A DNA stretch of 64,000 nucleotides from an archaeon (GTDB lineage: Archaea > Undinarchaeota > CAZHTU01 > JBDRCC01): positions 32,001 through 96,000 of the forward strand of contig JBDRCC010000021.1 of assembly GCA_043822065.1 (NCBI GenBank). The letters are read 5' to 3'. The notes beneath the pieces are model-generated. The model searched no databases, was not told the DNA's origin, and saw nothing but the letters and a program-made list of their open reading frames with translations. The position numbers were made by a program, and so were the translations under genes. Below, in pieces: positions 36,766 through 45,895 of the stretch; positions within the stretch are counted from its first letter, which is position 1, and each line of letters begins with the position of its first letter.

Positions 36766-37137
36766 ATGTTTTGGGACTTTGTCGGAGTAACCGCCGCGGC
36801 TCTGGTTTCTGCCAGCTTCCTCGCCCAGATACACAAGGGATGGAAAACGAAAAAGATGGATGACGTTTCCGGCTGGATGTTCCTGATAATCCTCGCCGGC
36901 ATGCTCCTATGGCTCCTGTACGGCATCCACATACAAGATAACATAATCATCGGTGCGAACGCCGTCGGATGCAGTTTGCAGGCGGTAATCCTCCTTATGA
37001 AACGCCAGCTCCAGACCCGAAACCCAGCCTTTTCTTTTGGAAGAAAGGCTCTGGATCACCCAAAAGAAACCAATAGTCTTTGCCTCTACCGAAATATAAA
37101 AACTCAAGGCCTTCGAGCCAGGCTACAAGCAGATTAA
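36766..37137 (+). CDS. SemiSWEET/PQ-loop family transporter with C-terminal extension through a repeat element
   Basis: FLAQIHKGWKTKKMDDVS, LWLLYG and IIGAN. Confidence 0.8.
   Translation: MFWDFVGVTAAALVSASFLAQIHKGWKTKKMDDVSGWMFLIILAGMLLWLLYGIHIQDNIIIGANAVGCSLQAVILLMKRQLQTRNPAFSFGRKALDHPKETNSLCLYRNIKTQGLRARLQAD
37026..37071. repeat. three-arm repeat element (degenerate)
   Basis: AGCCTTTTCTTTT-GG-AAGAAAGGCT...CCCAAAAGAAAC. Confidence 0.6.
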
Positions 37138-37154
37138 AGAAATATGATATTTAC

Positions 37155-37871
37155 TTATTTTCTCAAACTTTTTAGAATGACCAGTTCGTCATCTGCCAAA
37201 ACATTCTCCAATGCCTTTTCAATCTCTATATCCAATAACCCTCTCTGCTCAAAGCCGAACTTCTCTTTTAGCACTTCTCTCATCTCATCCTCTGGCGCAT
37301 GAACCGACATAACCTTTTTCCTTTGGACATAGGCGGCAGCCAAAGCAAAATCATTCATAGCAACAAAGATGCCCCTTACCCCTTTGGAGCTTCTGTATCG
37401 TGGGGCGATATAAATGCTAAAGCCAATTATCCTATCCTTCAAAAAGGCAGTTTCCATAACTCCTACCGGCCTGCCACCGATAAATGCAACTATTACCGTG
37501 TACGGCTGCCGCCTATTGAGGGAGCTCTTGTAGTACTCTAGGGCAGCTTCTATCTCGTTCGGGGATGCCTCAGCAACATGTTTAGGGAGCCGGTATCCCC
37601 TACAGTAAAATCCTATTTCTCCTTTCACATCCTCAAAATGAAGGGAATACCAGCCCAAATAAAGCGACTCGGAATCGCTCTCGTTAAACTTCTTTACCAA
37701 TGGACCCATGTTAACAATTTTCCTCTCCCCCTTTGTTCCATAGACTTCTTTTAGCACCCGTTCCTTGTTTTGCGCATTCAAGCCCTCAATATAAAATCCA
37801 TCTGGGAGGTCTTCTAAATTATTGAACATGGACAGAAAGTCAGCCTTCTCAAGCCTTAAATCAAGTCGCAT
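37155..37871 (-). CDS. GNAT-like acetyltransferase (AT-rich)
   Basis: VIVAFIGGRPVG...IYIAPRYR...KFGFEQ. Confidence 0.65.
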   Translation of the reverse strand: MRLDLRLEKADFLSMFNNLEDLPDGFYIEGLNAQNKERVLKEVYGTKGERKIVNMGPLVKKFNESDSESLYLGWYSLHFEDVKGEIGFYCRGYRLPKHVAEASPNEIEAALEYYKSSLNRRQPYTVIVAFIGGRPVGVMETAFLKDRIIGFSIYIAPRYRSSKGVRGIFVAMNDFALAAAYVQRKKVMSVHAPEDEMREVLKEKFGFEQRGLLDIEIEKALENVLADDELVILKSLRK

Positions 37872-37967
37872 GACTATGCTTACTACCTTACAGATATTTA
37901 ATAATTAGTCCTTATTATTTCAAGACCAGAAATATAAAAACTAAAACAGCATAATCTTGATAATAAC

Positions 37968-38369
37968 ATGAAAATAGAGTTTGGTCTTTTCACAATAACT
38001 GCCATGCAAGGAACCTGCCCGATGGGCTTCTTTATAGATGTGGAGGGGAAATGGGTTGAGAGAATCTTTAAACGAGAATTTGATGGCATCAAAACAGAGG
38101 ACATACTCAAGACCGTTAAAAAAATTACTGATGACCGAGCTGACGTTTATGGAAGCGAGGATCTCCGATGGCAATTCGTAATATCAAAAAATAGTAGTAT
38201 GCTAAAGTTGATCAGCATCCAAGGAGTCGATGCATGCATACTCCCAGATCTAAAGAACCCTCAGCAAATTGATTGGTTGATAAATTTTCACAATTATCTC
38301 TGCGATCTTCTAAAACAAGACAACCTTAAAGTCGAGGAGAAACAAATCTCCAAACAGCTGGAAAAATGA
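37968..38369 (+). CDS. hypothetical protein (AT-rich)
   Basis: 133-aa ORF coupled to alaX by an ATGA overlap. Confidence 0.6.
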   Translation: MKIEFGLFTITAMQGTCPMGFFIDVEGKWVERIFKREFDGIKTEDILKTVKKITDDRADVYGSEDLRWQFVISKNSSMLKLISIQGVDACILPDLKNPQQIDWLINFHNYLCDLLKQDNLKVEEKQISKQLEK

Positions 38370-39076
38370 CTGAAATGCTCTACATGACTGACAACTACGT
38401 AAAAGAGTTCGACGCCCAAGTCCAGGAAGCAGGAGACGGCTACGTCATCCTCGACAGGACAGCCTTCTACCCCCTCGGCGGCGGGCAGGAGACCGACCAG
38501 GGCTGGTTGGAACTCGAAGGCAAAAAAATATTCGTTAAGGAAGTAACAAAAAAGGACGGCGTCAAGCACTTCCTCGACGGGGAGGTTCCCCCGAAAGGCG
38601 CCAAAGTCCATGGCATCATAGACTGGGACCGGCGGTACGCGCACATGCGGATGCACACCGCCCAGCATTTGATATCTGCTGTTGGCGCGCGCATGTACAA
38701 TCTTGATACCCGCGGCAACCAGATACATGCCGACAGGTCGCGAGTTGACTTCTACCCAGCACATTTTGACGATGCCGGGCTGAAAAAGCTAGAGGACGAG
38801 TGCAACCGGGTAATCGCAGAAAACCATCCAATAAAAATATTCGAAGTCCCGAGAGAGGAAGCAAAGCAGAAGATTGCCAGGGTGTGGCGGGGGTACATCG
38901 ACCGGGTGCCGCCATCAGTGAAAATCCTCCGCATGGTGGAAATAGACGGCGTAGACTGCTGCATGTGCGCCGGCACGCACATTTCAAACACCTCCGAAAT
39001 CGGCAGGATTAAAATCCTCGGCAAGGACAACAAGGGCTCTGACATCGAGCGCGTAACTTACACCCTTGAGATGTAG
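38366..39076 (+). CDS. alaX: alanyl-tRNA editing protein AlaX-M
   Basis: LDRTAFYPLGGGQ, HTAQH and CAGTH. Confidence 0.93.
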   Translation: MTEMLYMTDNYVKEFDAQVQEAGDGYVILDRTAFYPLGGGQETDQGWLELEGKKIFVKEVTKKDGVKHFLDGEVPPKGAKVHGIIDWDRRYAHMRMHTAQHLISAVGARMYNLDTRGNQIHADRSRVDFYPAHFDDAGLKKLEDECNRVIAENHPIKIFEVPREEAKQKIARVWRGYIDRVPPSVKILRMVEIDGVDCCMCAGTHISNTSEIGRIKILGKDNKGSDIERVTYTLEM

Positions 39077-39159
39077 CCAATAACCTTTTAATTCTGGCGA
39101 CCAATATCCCTCCAAACTCTCTTAAACCCATTAAAACTTCCTTAATCCCCCGGGTTTAT

Positions 39160-42100
39160 ATGGCAAGCCAAAAATTCGACCCAATAAAAATCGAGGAGGA
39201 AGTCCTCACGTACTGGAAGGAGAAGGACCTATCCGCCCTCCTAAAGAAGAAATACGAGGGCAAGAAGAAGTACTATTTCCTCGACGGCCCGCCCTACATG
39301 AACATGCCCCCGCACGTCGGGCACGCAAGGACGAGGGCAATCCGCGACCTGATTCTCAAATACAAGCGAATGAACGGCTACGACGTCCGCCTCCAGGCGG
39401 GGCACGACTGCCACGGCCTGCCCATAGAGGTCAAGGTTGAGGAGGAGATAGGCTCAAGGACGAAGGACGACATTGAGGCGTACGGCATTGACAAGTTCCT
39501 GGCTAAGTGCAGGGAGCGCGCAGAGCGCTTCGTCTCGGTTTGGTCTGACTTCTACGAGAGGTTTGGCCTCCACCTGTGGTTCGACAACCCGTACATGACC
39601 ATGGACAACAAGTTCATCGAGTCCTCCTGGCACTTCTTCAAGCAGGCGGAGAAGAAGAAGCTCCTCTACAAGGGCTCAAGGATAGTCGAGTGGTGCCCGC
39701 GGTGCGAGACCCCGCTCTCGAACTACGAGGCTGCTGACAACTACAAGGACGTCAGCGACATTTCGGTATACGTCCGCTTCCCAGTCTCCGGAAAAAAGAA
39801 CGAGCACCTTTTGATTTGGACAACCACCCCCTGGACCCTTCCCGCAAACATGTGCGTTGCGGTCAACCCGAAATTCACCTACGCCCGCGTCAAGCACGGT
39901 GGCGAGATACTCATAATGGCGAAGGAGCTCGCCCCGGCGGTCATGAAAGCCTGTGGCATTGAGCAGTACGCCATCCTCGACGAGTTCAAGGGCGAGAAGC
40001 TCCTTGGAACGAAATACGTCCACCCCCTCCGTGATGAGGTCCCAATCCAGAAGGACTTCAGGGACAAGAACATCCACTCGGTCGTCTTCGCAGACTACGT
40101 CACCCTCGAGGACGGAACCGGCTGCGTCCACACCGCACCAGGGCACGGGACTGACGACTACAACACTGGCGTTAAGTACAAGATATCCCTCTTCAGCCCG
40201 GTCGACGAGAAGGGCAGGATGACTAAAGAGGGCGGGAAATATGCAGGTGAGTACGTCAAGGACGCAAACCGGCTGGTAATACACGACCTCAACCAGAAAA
40301 AGCTCCTGCTGAAGGAAAGCGCTATCGAGCACCGCTACGCCCACTGCTGGAGGTGCGGGACGCCGATAGTCACAAGGGCTTCTGCCCAGTGGTTCATCGC
40401 AGTCGAGAAAATCAGGGACAAGCTCATCAGGGAGAACAAGAAGGTCCAGTGGGTCCCTGCATGGGCTGGGGAAAAGAGGTTCCACAACTGGCTTGAGGGC
40501 GCGCGCGACTGGTGCATCTCAAGGCAGAGGTACTGGGGCATACCCCTTCCGATATGGCAGTGCGGGTGCGGGAAATACGAGGTGCTCGGCTCCCTGGAAG
40601 AGATACGGAAGAAGGCAAAATTCGAAGGCAGCCCTGACCTGCACAAGCCCTTCATGGACTCGCTCAAATGGAAATGCTCATGCGGCAAGGAGATGAGGCG
40701 CGTCCCGGACATCGCCGACGTCTGGTTTGACTCCGGCTCCACCACCTGGACAACCCTGAACTACCCGCAAAACCCGAAGGAGTTCGAGCGCTGGTTCCCA
40801 GTGGACTTCATCACCGAGGGGCTCGACCAGACGCGCGGCTGGTTCTACACACTCATGGTCGAAAGCGTCGTCTGCTTCGACAAGGCGCCCTACAAGACGG
40901 TCCTGATGAACGACTTCGTCCAGGACAAGGACGGGAACAAGATGTCCAAGTCGGTCGGCAACGTCGTCGACCCCTACGACGTCATGAAGAAGCACGGTGC
41001 CGACATCCTTCGCTTCTACCTGATAAGCGAGACCCAGCCCTGGGACCAGCTCAAGTTCAACTGGGACAACGTCCTGATAACATACAAGATGGCTAACATC
41101 CTCTGGAACTCCTACCGCTTCTCCAAGACCTACATGGACCTCGCCTCCTTCGACCCGATGCAGAAGCCGGGAGCGTCAGCCGAGGACAAATGGCTCGTCT
41201 CAAGGACGAACAGCCTCGTGCAGGAAGTCACGGAGTGCTTCGAGAACTTCGACCTATTTACGGCGTCACGCAAGCTTTCCACTTTCATATCTGACGACCT
41301 CAGCCGGTGGTACATTAAGCTCATACGCAACAGGACAGACGACCCGGCGGCGCTGGCTACCCTGTACTACGCAATAACGCGCCTTACCCGCATGCTCGCC
41401 CCGTTCATGCCATTCATCTCCGAGGCAATCTACCGCGACCTTGAGGGCGGCGCCTCAGTCCACGCCGAGCCCTGGCCCGCCACGGACAAGAAGGCGATAA
41501 ACAGGAAGCTCGAGGACTCGATGGAAAGCGCAAAGCAGGTCTTTGAGGCGGTCTCAAGGGCGCGCCAGCGCGCCGGGATAAAGCTGAAGTACCCGCTCAG
41601 GACGCTCTACGCCCCGAAGGCGCTCGAGCCTGTTGCCTCAGTCCTCAAGAGCCAGTGCAACGTCAAGGAAGTCGCATTCAAGACCCCCGATGTTTCAATC
41701 CGGTGCAAGCCGCTGTTTGCGAAACTGGGCCCCAAGTTCGGGCTTAATGCAAAGGACGCAGTTGACAGGATATCCAAAGCTGACCCGGTTGCCCTCCGGA
41801 AGCAGCTGAAGAAGGGCGCCGTCAAGCTCGGCAAGTACGAGATACTCCCTGAATACGTCGAGTTCGAGGATGCCATGCCCAAGGGCATTGTCGCTGAGGA
41901 GACTGCCGCCGGCAGGGTCTACCTTGACATAGCCCAGGACAAGGAGCTCCTCGAGGAGAGCCTGGTCAGAGAGGTTATCAGAAACATTCAAGAACTAAGG
42001 AAGCTTAACAATTACATGGTTGGGGAGCGCATACTTCTCGAGGTCGAGACCGACAAGGATGCCGAGGAAATTCTGAAAAAATACGACACCCAGCTCACGG

Positions 42101-42204
42101 ACGGCGTTTCTGCAAGCCAGGTGAAGTTCGTGAAGCTGGCAAGGACGCTTGGCGAAATAGGGTATGGCGAAACGAAGGTGCGCATAAACTTCAGGAGGCA
42201 ATAA
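39160..42204 (+). CDS. ileS: isoleucyl-tRNA synthetase
   Basis: DGPPY, HVGH, WTTTPWT, GTGCVHTAPGHG, DWCISRQRYWG, DQTRGWF and KMSKS. Confidence 0.97.
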   Translation: MASQKFDPIKIEEEVLTYWKEKDLSALLKKKYEGKKKYYFLDGPPYMNMPPHVGHARTRAIRDLILKYKRMNGYDVRLQAGHDCHGLPIEVKVEEEIGSRTKDDIEAYGIDKFLAKCRERAERFVSVWSDFYERFGLHLWFDNPYMTMDNKFIESSWHFFKQAEKKKLLYKGSRIVEWCPRCETPLSNYEAADNYKDVSDISVYVRFPVSGKKNEHLLIWTTTPWTLPANMCVAVNPKFTYARVKHGGEILIMAKELAPAVMKACGIEQYAILDEFKGEKLLGTKYVHPLRDEVPIQKDFRDKNIHSVVFADYVTLEDGTGCVHTAPGHGTDDYNTGVKYKISLFSPVDEKGRMTKEGGKYAGEYVKDANRLVIHDLNQKKLLLKESAIEHRYAHCWRCGTPIVTRASAQWFIAVEKIRDKLIRENKKVQWVPAWAGEKRFHNWLEGARDWCISRQRYWGIPLPIWQCGCGKYEVLGSLEEIRKKAKFEGSPDLHKPFMDSLKWKCSCGKEMRRVPDIADVWFDSGSTTWTTLNYPQNPKEFERWFPVDFITEGLDQTRGWFYTLMVESVVCFDKAPYKTVLMNDFVQDKDGNKMSKSVGNVVDPYDVMKKHGADILRFYLISETQPWDQLKFNWDNVLITYKMANILWNSYRFSKTYMDLASFDPMQKPGASAEDKWLVSRTNSLVQEVTECFENFDLFTASRKLSTFISDDLSRWYIKLIRNRTDDPAALATLYYAITRLTRMLAPFMPFISEAIYRDLEGGASVHAEPWPATDKKAINRKLEDSMESAKQVFEAVSRARQRAGIKLKYPLRTLYAPKALEPVASVLKSQCNVKEVAFKTPDVSIRCKPLFAKLGPKFGLNAKDAVDRISKADPVALRKQLKKGAVKLGKYEILPEYVEFEDAMPKGIVAEETAAGRVYLDIAQDKELLEESLVREVIRNIQELRKLNNYMVGERILLEVETDKDAEEILKKYDTQLTDGVSASQVKFVKLARTLGEIGYGETKVRINFRRQ

Positions 42205-43655
42205 TGTACTCAAAAAAGCTGGACAATGCTGAACACGGCTTCTCTTTCTCTGACGCACTCCTTCTGCCGGAGGAATCCTCCATAGAGCCTACGCAGGTCA
42301 ACGTCTCGTCAGTTTTCTCCAAGGGCATACCGCTGAACCTCCCGGTCATCGCGGCTGCGATGGACACGGTCTCAGAGAAGCAGATGGCGGTGACAATGTC
42401 CCGCCTCGGCGGCTTAGCCGTAATACACCGCAACATGGGCCGCGAGGAGCAGGCAAGGCAGGTGCAGGAGGTCAAGGACGCCAGCTTCATCAAGTTCTCA
42501 GTGCTCTCATGCTCACCAGACTCAACAGTCCAGCAGACCAGAAAGACCATGGAGGATAACAATGTCTCCGGCCTCCCAGTGCTTGAGGGCGACAAGGTCG
42601 CAGGGATAATCACCTACACCGACATACGATTCGCCGACAGCGAGAAGGGCAAGGTGCGGGACTACATGACAAAGGACCTCATCACCGTCCCGCTCGACAT
42701 CCAGATGGACGAGGCGCTCAAGATAATGATGAAGAACAAGATTTCGCGCCTCCCGGTGCTCAAGGACAACAAGCTCATTGGAATAATCACGGAGGGGGAC
42801 ATCCGCAGGGAGCAGGGGCATAAAAACGCCCTGCGCGACAAGACCGGAAGCCTGCGAGCGGTTGCCGCGGTCGGGCCGTTTGACATAGAGCGCGCCAGGA
42901 TGCTCGACAAGGCAGGCGCGGACGCGATAGTCATCGACACGGCGCACGGGCACAACATGAACGTCGTCAACGGCGCAAAGAAGATAATCAAGGAAGTCAG
43001 CTGCGACGTCGTGGTCGGGAACATAGCCACTTCCAAGGCGGCGGAGGCGCTAATCTCAGCAGGCGCTGACGCAGTCAAAGTCGGCATAGGCCCTGGAAGC
43101 ATCTGCACCACGAGGATAATCGCAGGCGTCGGGGTCCCGCAGCTGTCTGCCATCGCAGCAGTCGCAGACGTCGCCCACGAGCACAAAGTCCCGGTAATCG
43201 CGGACGGCGGGATAGTCTACTCCGGCGACATAGCCAAGGCGATAGCCGCAGGCGCGGACTGCGTCATGATAGGAAACCTCCTCGCCGGCACGGACGAGGC
43301 GCCGGGAAGGCTCACAATCGTAGAGGGGCGGAAATACAAGCAGTACCGCGGGATGGGCTCGCTCGGCGCGATGGCAACCTCCGCAGACAGGTACTTCCAG
43401 GACGGGGTCGCGAAGGCAAAGACGGTCCCGGAAGGAATAGAGGGGCTTGTCCCGTACAAGGGCCCGGTAGCGGATGTACTCCACCAGCTTGTCGGCGGGC
43501 TCAGGGCGGCGATGGGATATGTCGGCGCAAAGAGCGTGCCGGAGCTTAAGAAAAAGGCAAGGTTCATCCGCATGACTCCGGCCGGGGTGCAGGAGTCCCA
43601 CCCCCACGATGTCCTTATAACCGACGAGGCGCCCAACTACTACAAAATAAGATAA
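42204..43655 (+). CDS. guaB: IMP dehydrogenase
   Basis: AMDTV, a CBS pair, GIGPGSICTTR, ADGG and YRGMGS. Confidence 0.97.
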   Translation: MYSKKLDNAEHGFSFSDALLLPEESSIEPTQVNVSSVFSKGIPLNLPVIAAAMDTVSEKQMAVTMSRLGGLAVIHRNMGREEQARQVQEVKDASFIKFSVLSCSPDSTVQQTRKTMEDNNVSGLPVLEGDKVAGIITYTDIRFADSEKGKVRDYMTKDLITVPLDIQMDEALKIMMKNKISRLPVLKDNKLIGIITEGDIRREQGHKNALRDKTGSLRAVAAVGPFDIERARMLDKAGADAIVIDTAHGHNMNVVNGAKKIIKEVSCDVVVGNIATSKAAEALISAGADAVKVGIGPGSICTTRIIAGVGVPQLSAIAAVADVAHEHKVPVIADGGIVYSGDIAKAIAAGADCVMIGNLLAGTDEAPGRLTIVEGRKYKQYRGMGSLGAMATSADRYFQDGVAKAKTVPEGIEGLVPYKGPVADVLHQLVGGLRAAMGYVGAKSVPELKKKARFIRMTPAGVQESHPHDVLITDEAPNYYKIR

Positions 43656-43686
43656 TTTTTTATAGCCCCGGCGATTATGGTAAACC

Positions 43687-44337
43687 ATGTACATTATACT
43701 TGCCGGAGGGGGCAAGCTCGGCGAGTCCCTGGCAGCAATCCTTGTAAAGAAGAAGCACGACGTAGTTGTCATTGAGATGCTGAAGCCCAGAGCCGAAGGC
43801 CTTGCCGAGCGGCTTGACGCACTTGTGCTCGAAGGCGACGCGACCAACCTTGAACTCCTTATGCACGCCGGGATAGAAAAGGCGGATGCCGTAATCGCCA
43901 TGATGGGCGCCGACACGAAAAACCTCATGGTCTGCGAGCTTGCAAAAAAGAAGAAGGTAAAGAAGATACTCACCCGGCTGAACGAGTCGTCCAACATGCA
44001 GGTCTTCGTCGGGGTTGCCGACACCATAATCGACCTGTCAAGCGTCACGGTCTCAGCATTCCTGAACGCAATCACAGTCACGAGCGAATACGTCATGGAC
44101 ACCCTCTGCGAGGGGAAGGTCCAGCTCGTCCAGGTGCCGATAGCCGCCGGCTCAAAGATGATTGGCAAGACGCCCTCAAAAATCGAAATCCCTGAAATAC
44201 ACATGAGCATCCTCATTGAGCGCGGGGGCGAGACGATATTCAACCCGTCCGAGACGGAGCTCCGGGAGGGCGACATGCTGTACGTGCTTGCGAAGTCGGA
44301 GGCTGTCGAGAACTTTGTCAAGAAGATAAAGAAGTAA
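43687..44337 (+). CDS. trkA: Trk potassium uptake NAD-binding subunit
   Basis: GGGKLG and GDAT; RCK-N plus RCK-C. Confidence 0.92.
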   Translation: MYIILAGGGKLGESLAAILVKKKHDVVVIEMLKPRAEGLAERLDALVLEGDATNLELLMHAGIEKADAVIAMMGADTKNLMVCELAKKKKVKKILTRLNESSNMQVFVGVADTIIDLSSVTVSAFLNAITVTSEYVMDTLCEGKVQLVQVPIAAGSKMIGKTPSKIEIPEIHMSILIERGGETIFNPSETELREGDMLYVLAKSEAVENFVKKIKK

Positions 44338-44338
44338 C

Positions 44339-45763
44339 ATGCGCAGCGTACTATACTATACCGGGCTGTCCCTTTCCATTCTCGGTCTTCTCCTTTTCGT
44401 CCCGGCTGCGGCGGCTTATTTACTATCCGAGCCGGTGGCGCCATTCCTCATAGCCTCTGCCGCAAGCATCATCCCCGGGCTGATCCTCCTTAAACTCGGC
44501 CGCAGGTCTGACCTCTCCCTAGGGCGGGCGTTCATCTTTGCGACTGCCATCTTCCTGCTTATGGCCCTTGTCGGCTCAATCCCCTTCCTCCTTTCAGAGG
44601 GATTCACAGGCGGGCTGCTCGACGCATACTTTGAGTCAATGTCCGGTTTCACCACAACCGGGCTGAGCCTGATAACAAACGTTGAAGCCCTGCCGGGAAG
44701 CCTTCTCATCTGGCGGAGCTTCACCCAGTGGATTGGCGGGATAGGCATCGTCGTCCTCTTCCTTTCCCTCCTTGTCCAGCCTGGAATCTCCTCCTACTAC
44801 CTTTCCAAGGTCGAGGGAAAAGACCAGCGCATCTGGCCTTCAATCGTCAAGACAAGCAGGGAGCAGTTCGGGATATACCTCCTCTATACCGCCCTTGGCG
44901 CAGGCGCCTTCATGCTCATAGGCCTCTCCGCTAAGGACTCCATAATCCATGTCTTTTCCTCCGTCAGCACGGGCGGCTTCTCCTCATACAACTTCAGCGT
45001 CGAGGCGCTTGAGGCGCTCGGCAACCCATACCTCGTCGACATGGTAGTCATAATACTCATGGTCGCGGGCTCGACCTCTTTCCTCCTCCATTCCAAGCTC
45101 CTCCGCGGCGATTACAAGAGGTTCATCAAGAACAGCGAGGTCAGGCTGTTCTACATCATAATCCTCCTGGCATCCGCCATCCTCGCATACGACCAGTACC
45201 TTGCGGGGCAGAGCCACTTCATCAAGAACGCGGTCTTCCAGTCGTTCTCAGCCCTTACCACAACCGGCTTCGTGAACATAGACATTGCATCCATGTCAAC
45301 CCTCGGGCAGTACATACTGGTGGTTCTCATGGTCCTCGGAGGCTCTTCCGGCTCGACATCAGGCGGAATAAAGATGATTCGGCTCCTGATATTCATCAAG
45401 TCGCTCTCCTACGCCCTGAAAAAGGCGATACTCCCGCCCGAGTCGGTCATCCCGTTCAAGATAGGCGACAACTCATTCGAGCAGCCGGCGGTCCTCGTCC
45501 TCGTCGGCTATTCTCTCCTCTACCTAATCCTCCTGGGGCTTGGCACGCTTGTGATAGTCGCGGACGGGTTCACATTCATGGAGTCCCTGTTCGAGTCGAC
45601 ATCCGCCCTCGGCACGGTCGGCCTGACGCTTGGAATCACAGCAAAGCTCGGCACTGCGAGCAAGATAGTGGTCATCCTTGAGATGCTCCTTGGCAGGCTT
45701 GAAATCCTCCCAGTGTTCGGCACCCTGCTCATGCTCACAAAATACGGAAGATTCTCCGAATAG
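44339..45763 (+). CDS. trkH: Trk potassium uptake membrane subunit
   Basis: FESMSGFTTTG, STGGFS, TTTGF, GSTSGGIK and LGTVG. Confidence 0.95.
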   Translation: MRSVLYYTGLSLSILGLLLFVPAAAAYLLSEPVAPFLIASAASIIPGLILLKLGRRSDLSLGRAFIFATAIFLLMALVGSIPFLLSEGFTGGLLDAYFESMSGFTTTGLSLITNVEALPGSLLIWRSFTQWIGGIGIVVLFLSLLVQPGISSYYLSKVEGKDQRIWPSIVKTSREQFGIYLLYTALGAGAFMLIGLSAKDSIIHVFSSVSTGGFSSYNFSVEALEALGNPYLVDMVVIILMVAGSTSFLLHSKLLRGDYKRFIKNSEVRLFYIIILLASAILAYDQYLAGQSHFIKNAVFQSFSALTTTGFVNIDIASMSTLGQYILVVLMVLGGSSGSTSGGIKMIRLLIFIKSLSYALKKAILPPESVIPFKIGDNSFEQPAVLVLVGYSLLYLILLGLGTLVIVADGFTFMESLFESTSALGTVGLTLGITAKLGTASKIVVILEMLLGRLEILPVFGTLLMLTKYGRFSE

Positions 45764-45764
45764 T

Positions 45765-45842
45765 CCGACCCTTTCTTTTTAGAAAAAAGAAATGGTACGC
45801 TATCCAAAGAAAAACTATCTTAGTCCTCGCTCCGCTCGGAGT
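45765..45842. repeat. three-arm repeat element with TCGCTCCGCTC tail
   Basis: CCGACCCTTTCTTTTT-AG-AAAAAAGAAA...CCAAAGAAAAACT...TCC-TCGCTCCGCTC-GGA. Confidence 0.72.
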
Positions 45843-45844
45843 TA

Positions 45845-45884
45845 TAAAAAAAGAAAAAAGGAGGCAGGAAGAGATATCCTGCCT
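45845..45884 (-). terminator. hairpin plus T-tract after the lipoprotein gene
   Basis: AGGCAGGA/TCCTGCCT stem followed on the minus strand by CTTTTTTCTTTTTTT. Confidence 0.55.
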
Positions 45885-45895
45885 TTTGCCTCCGC

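Noticed and set aside
6995-44444. Long antisense ORFs (for example 6995-7948, 8267-9172, 20645-21415, 39676-40485, 43056-44444)
   Set aside because: They are shadow frames of well-supported genes in GC-rich DNA and carry no recognisable motifs.
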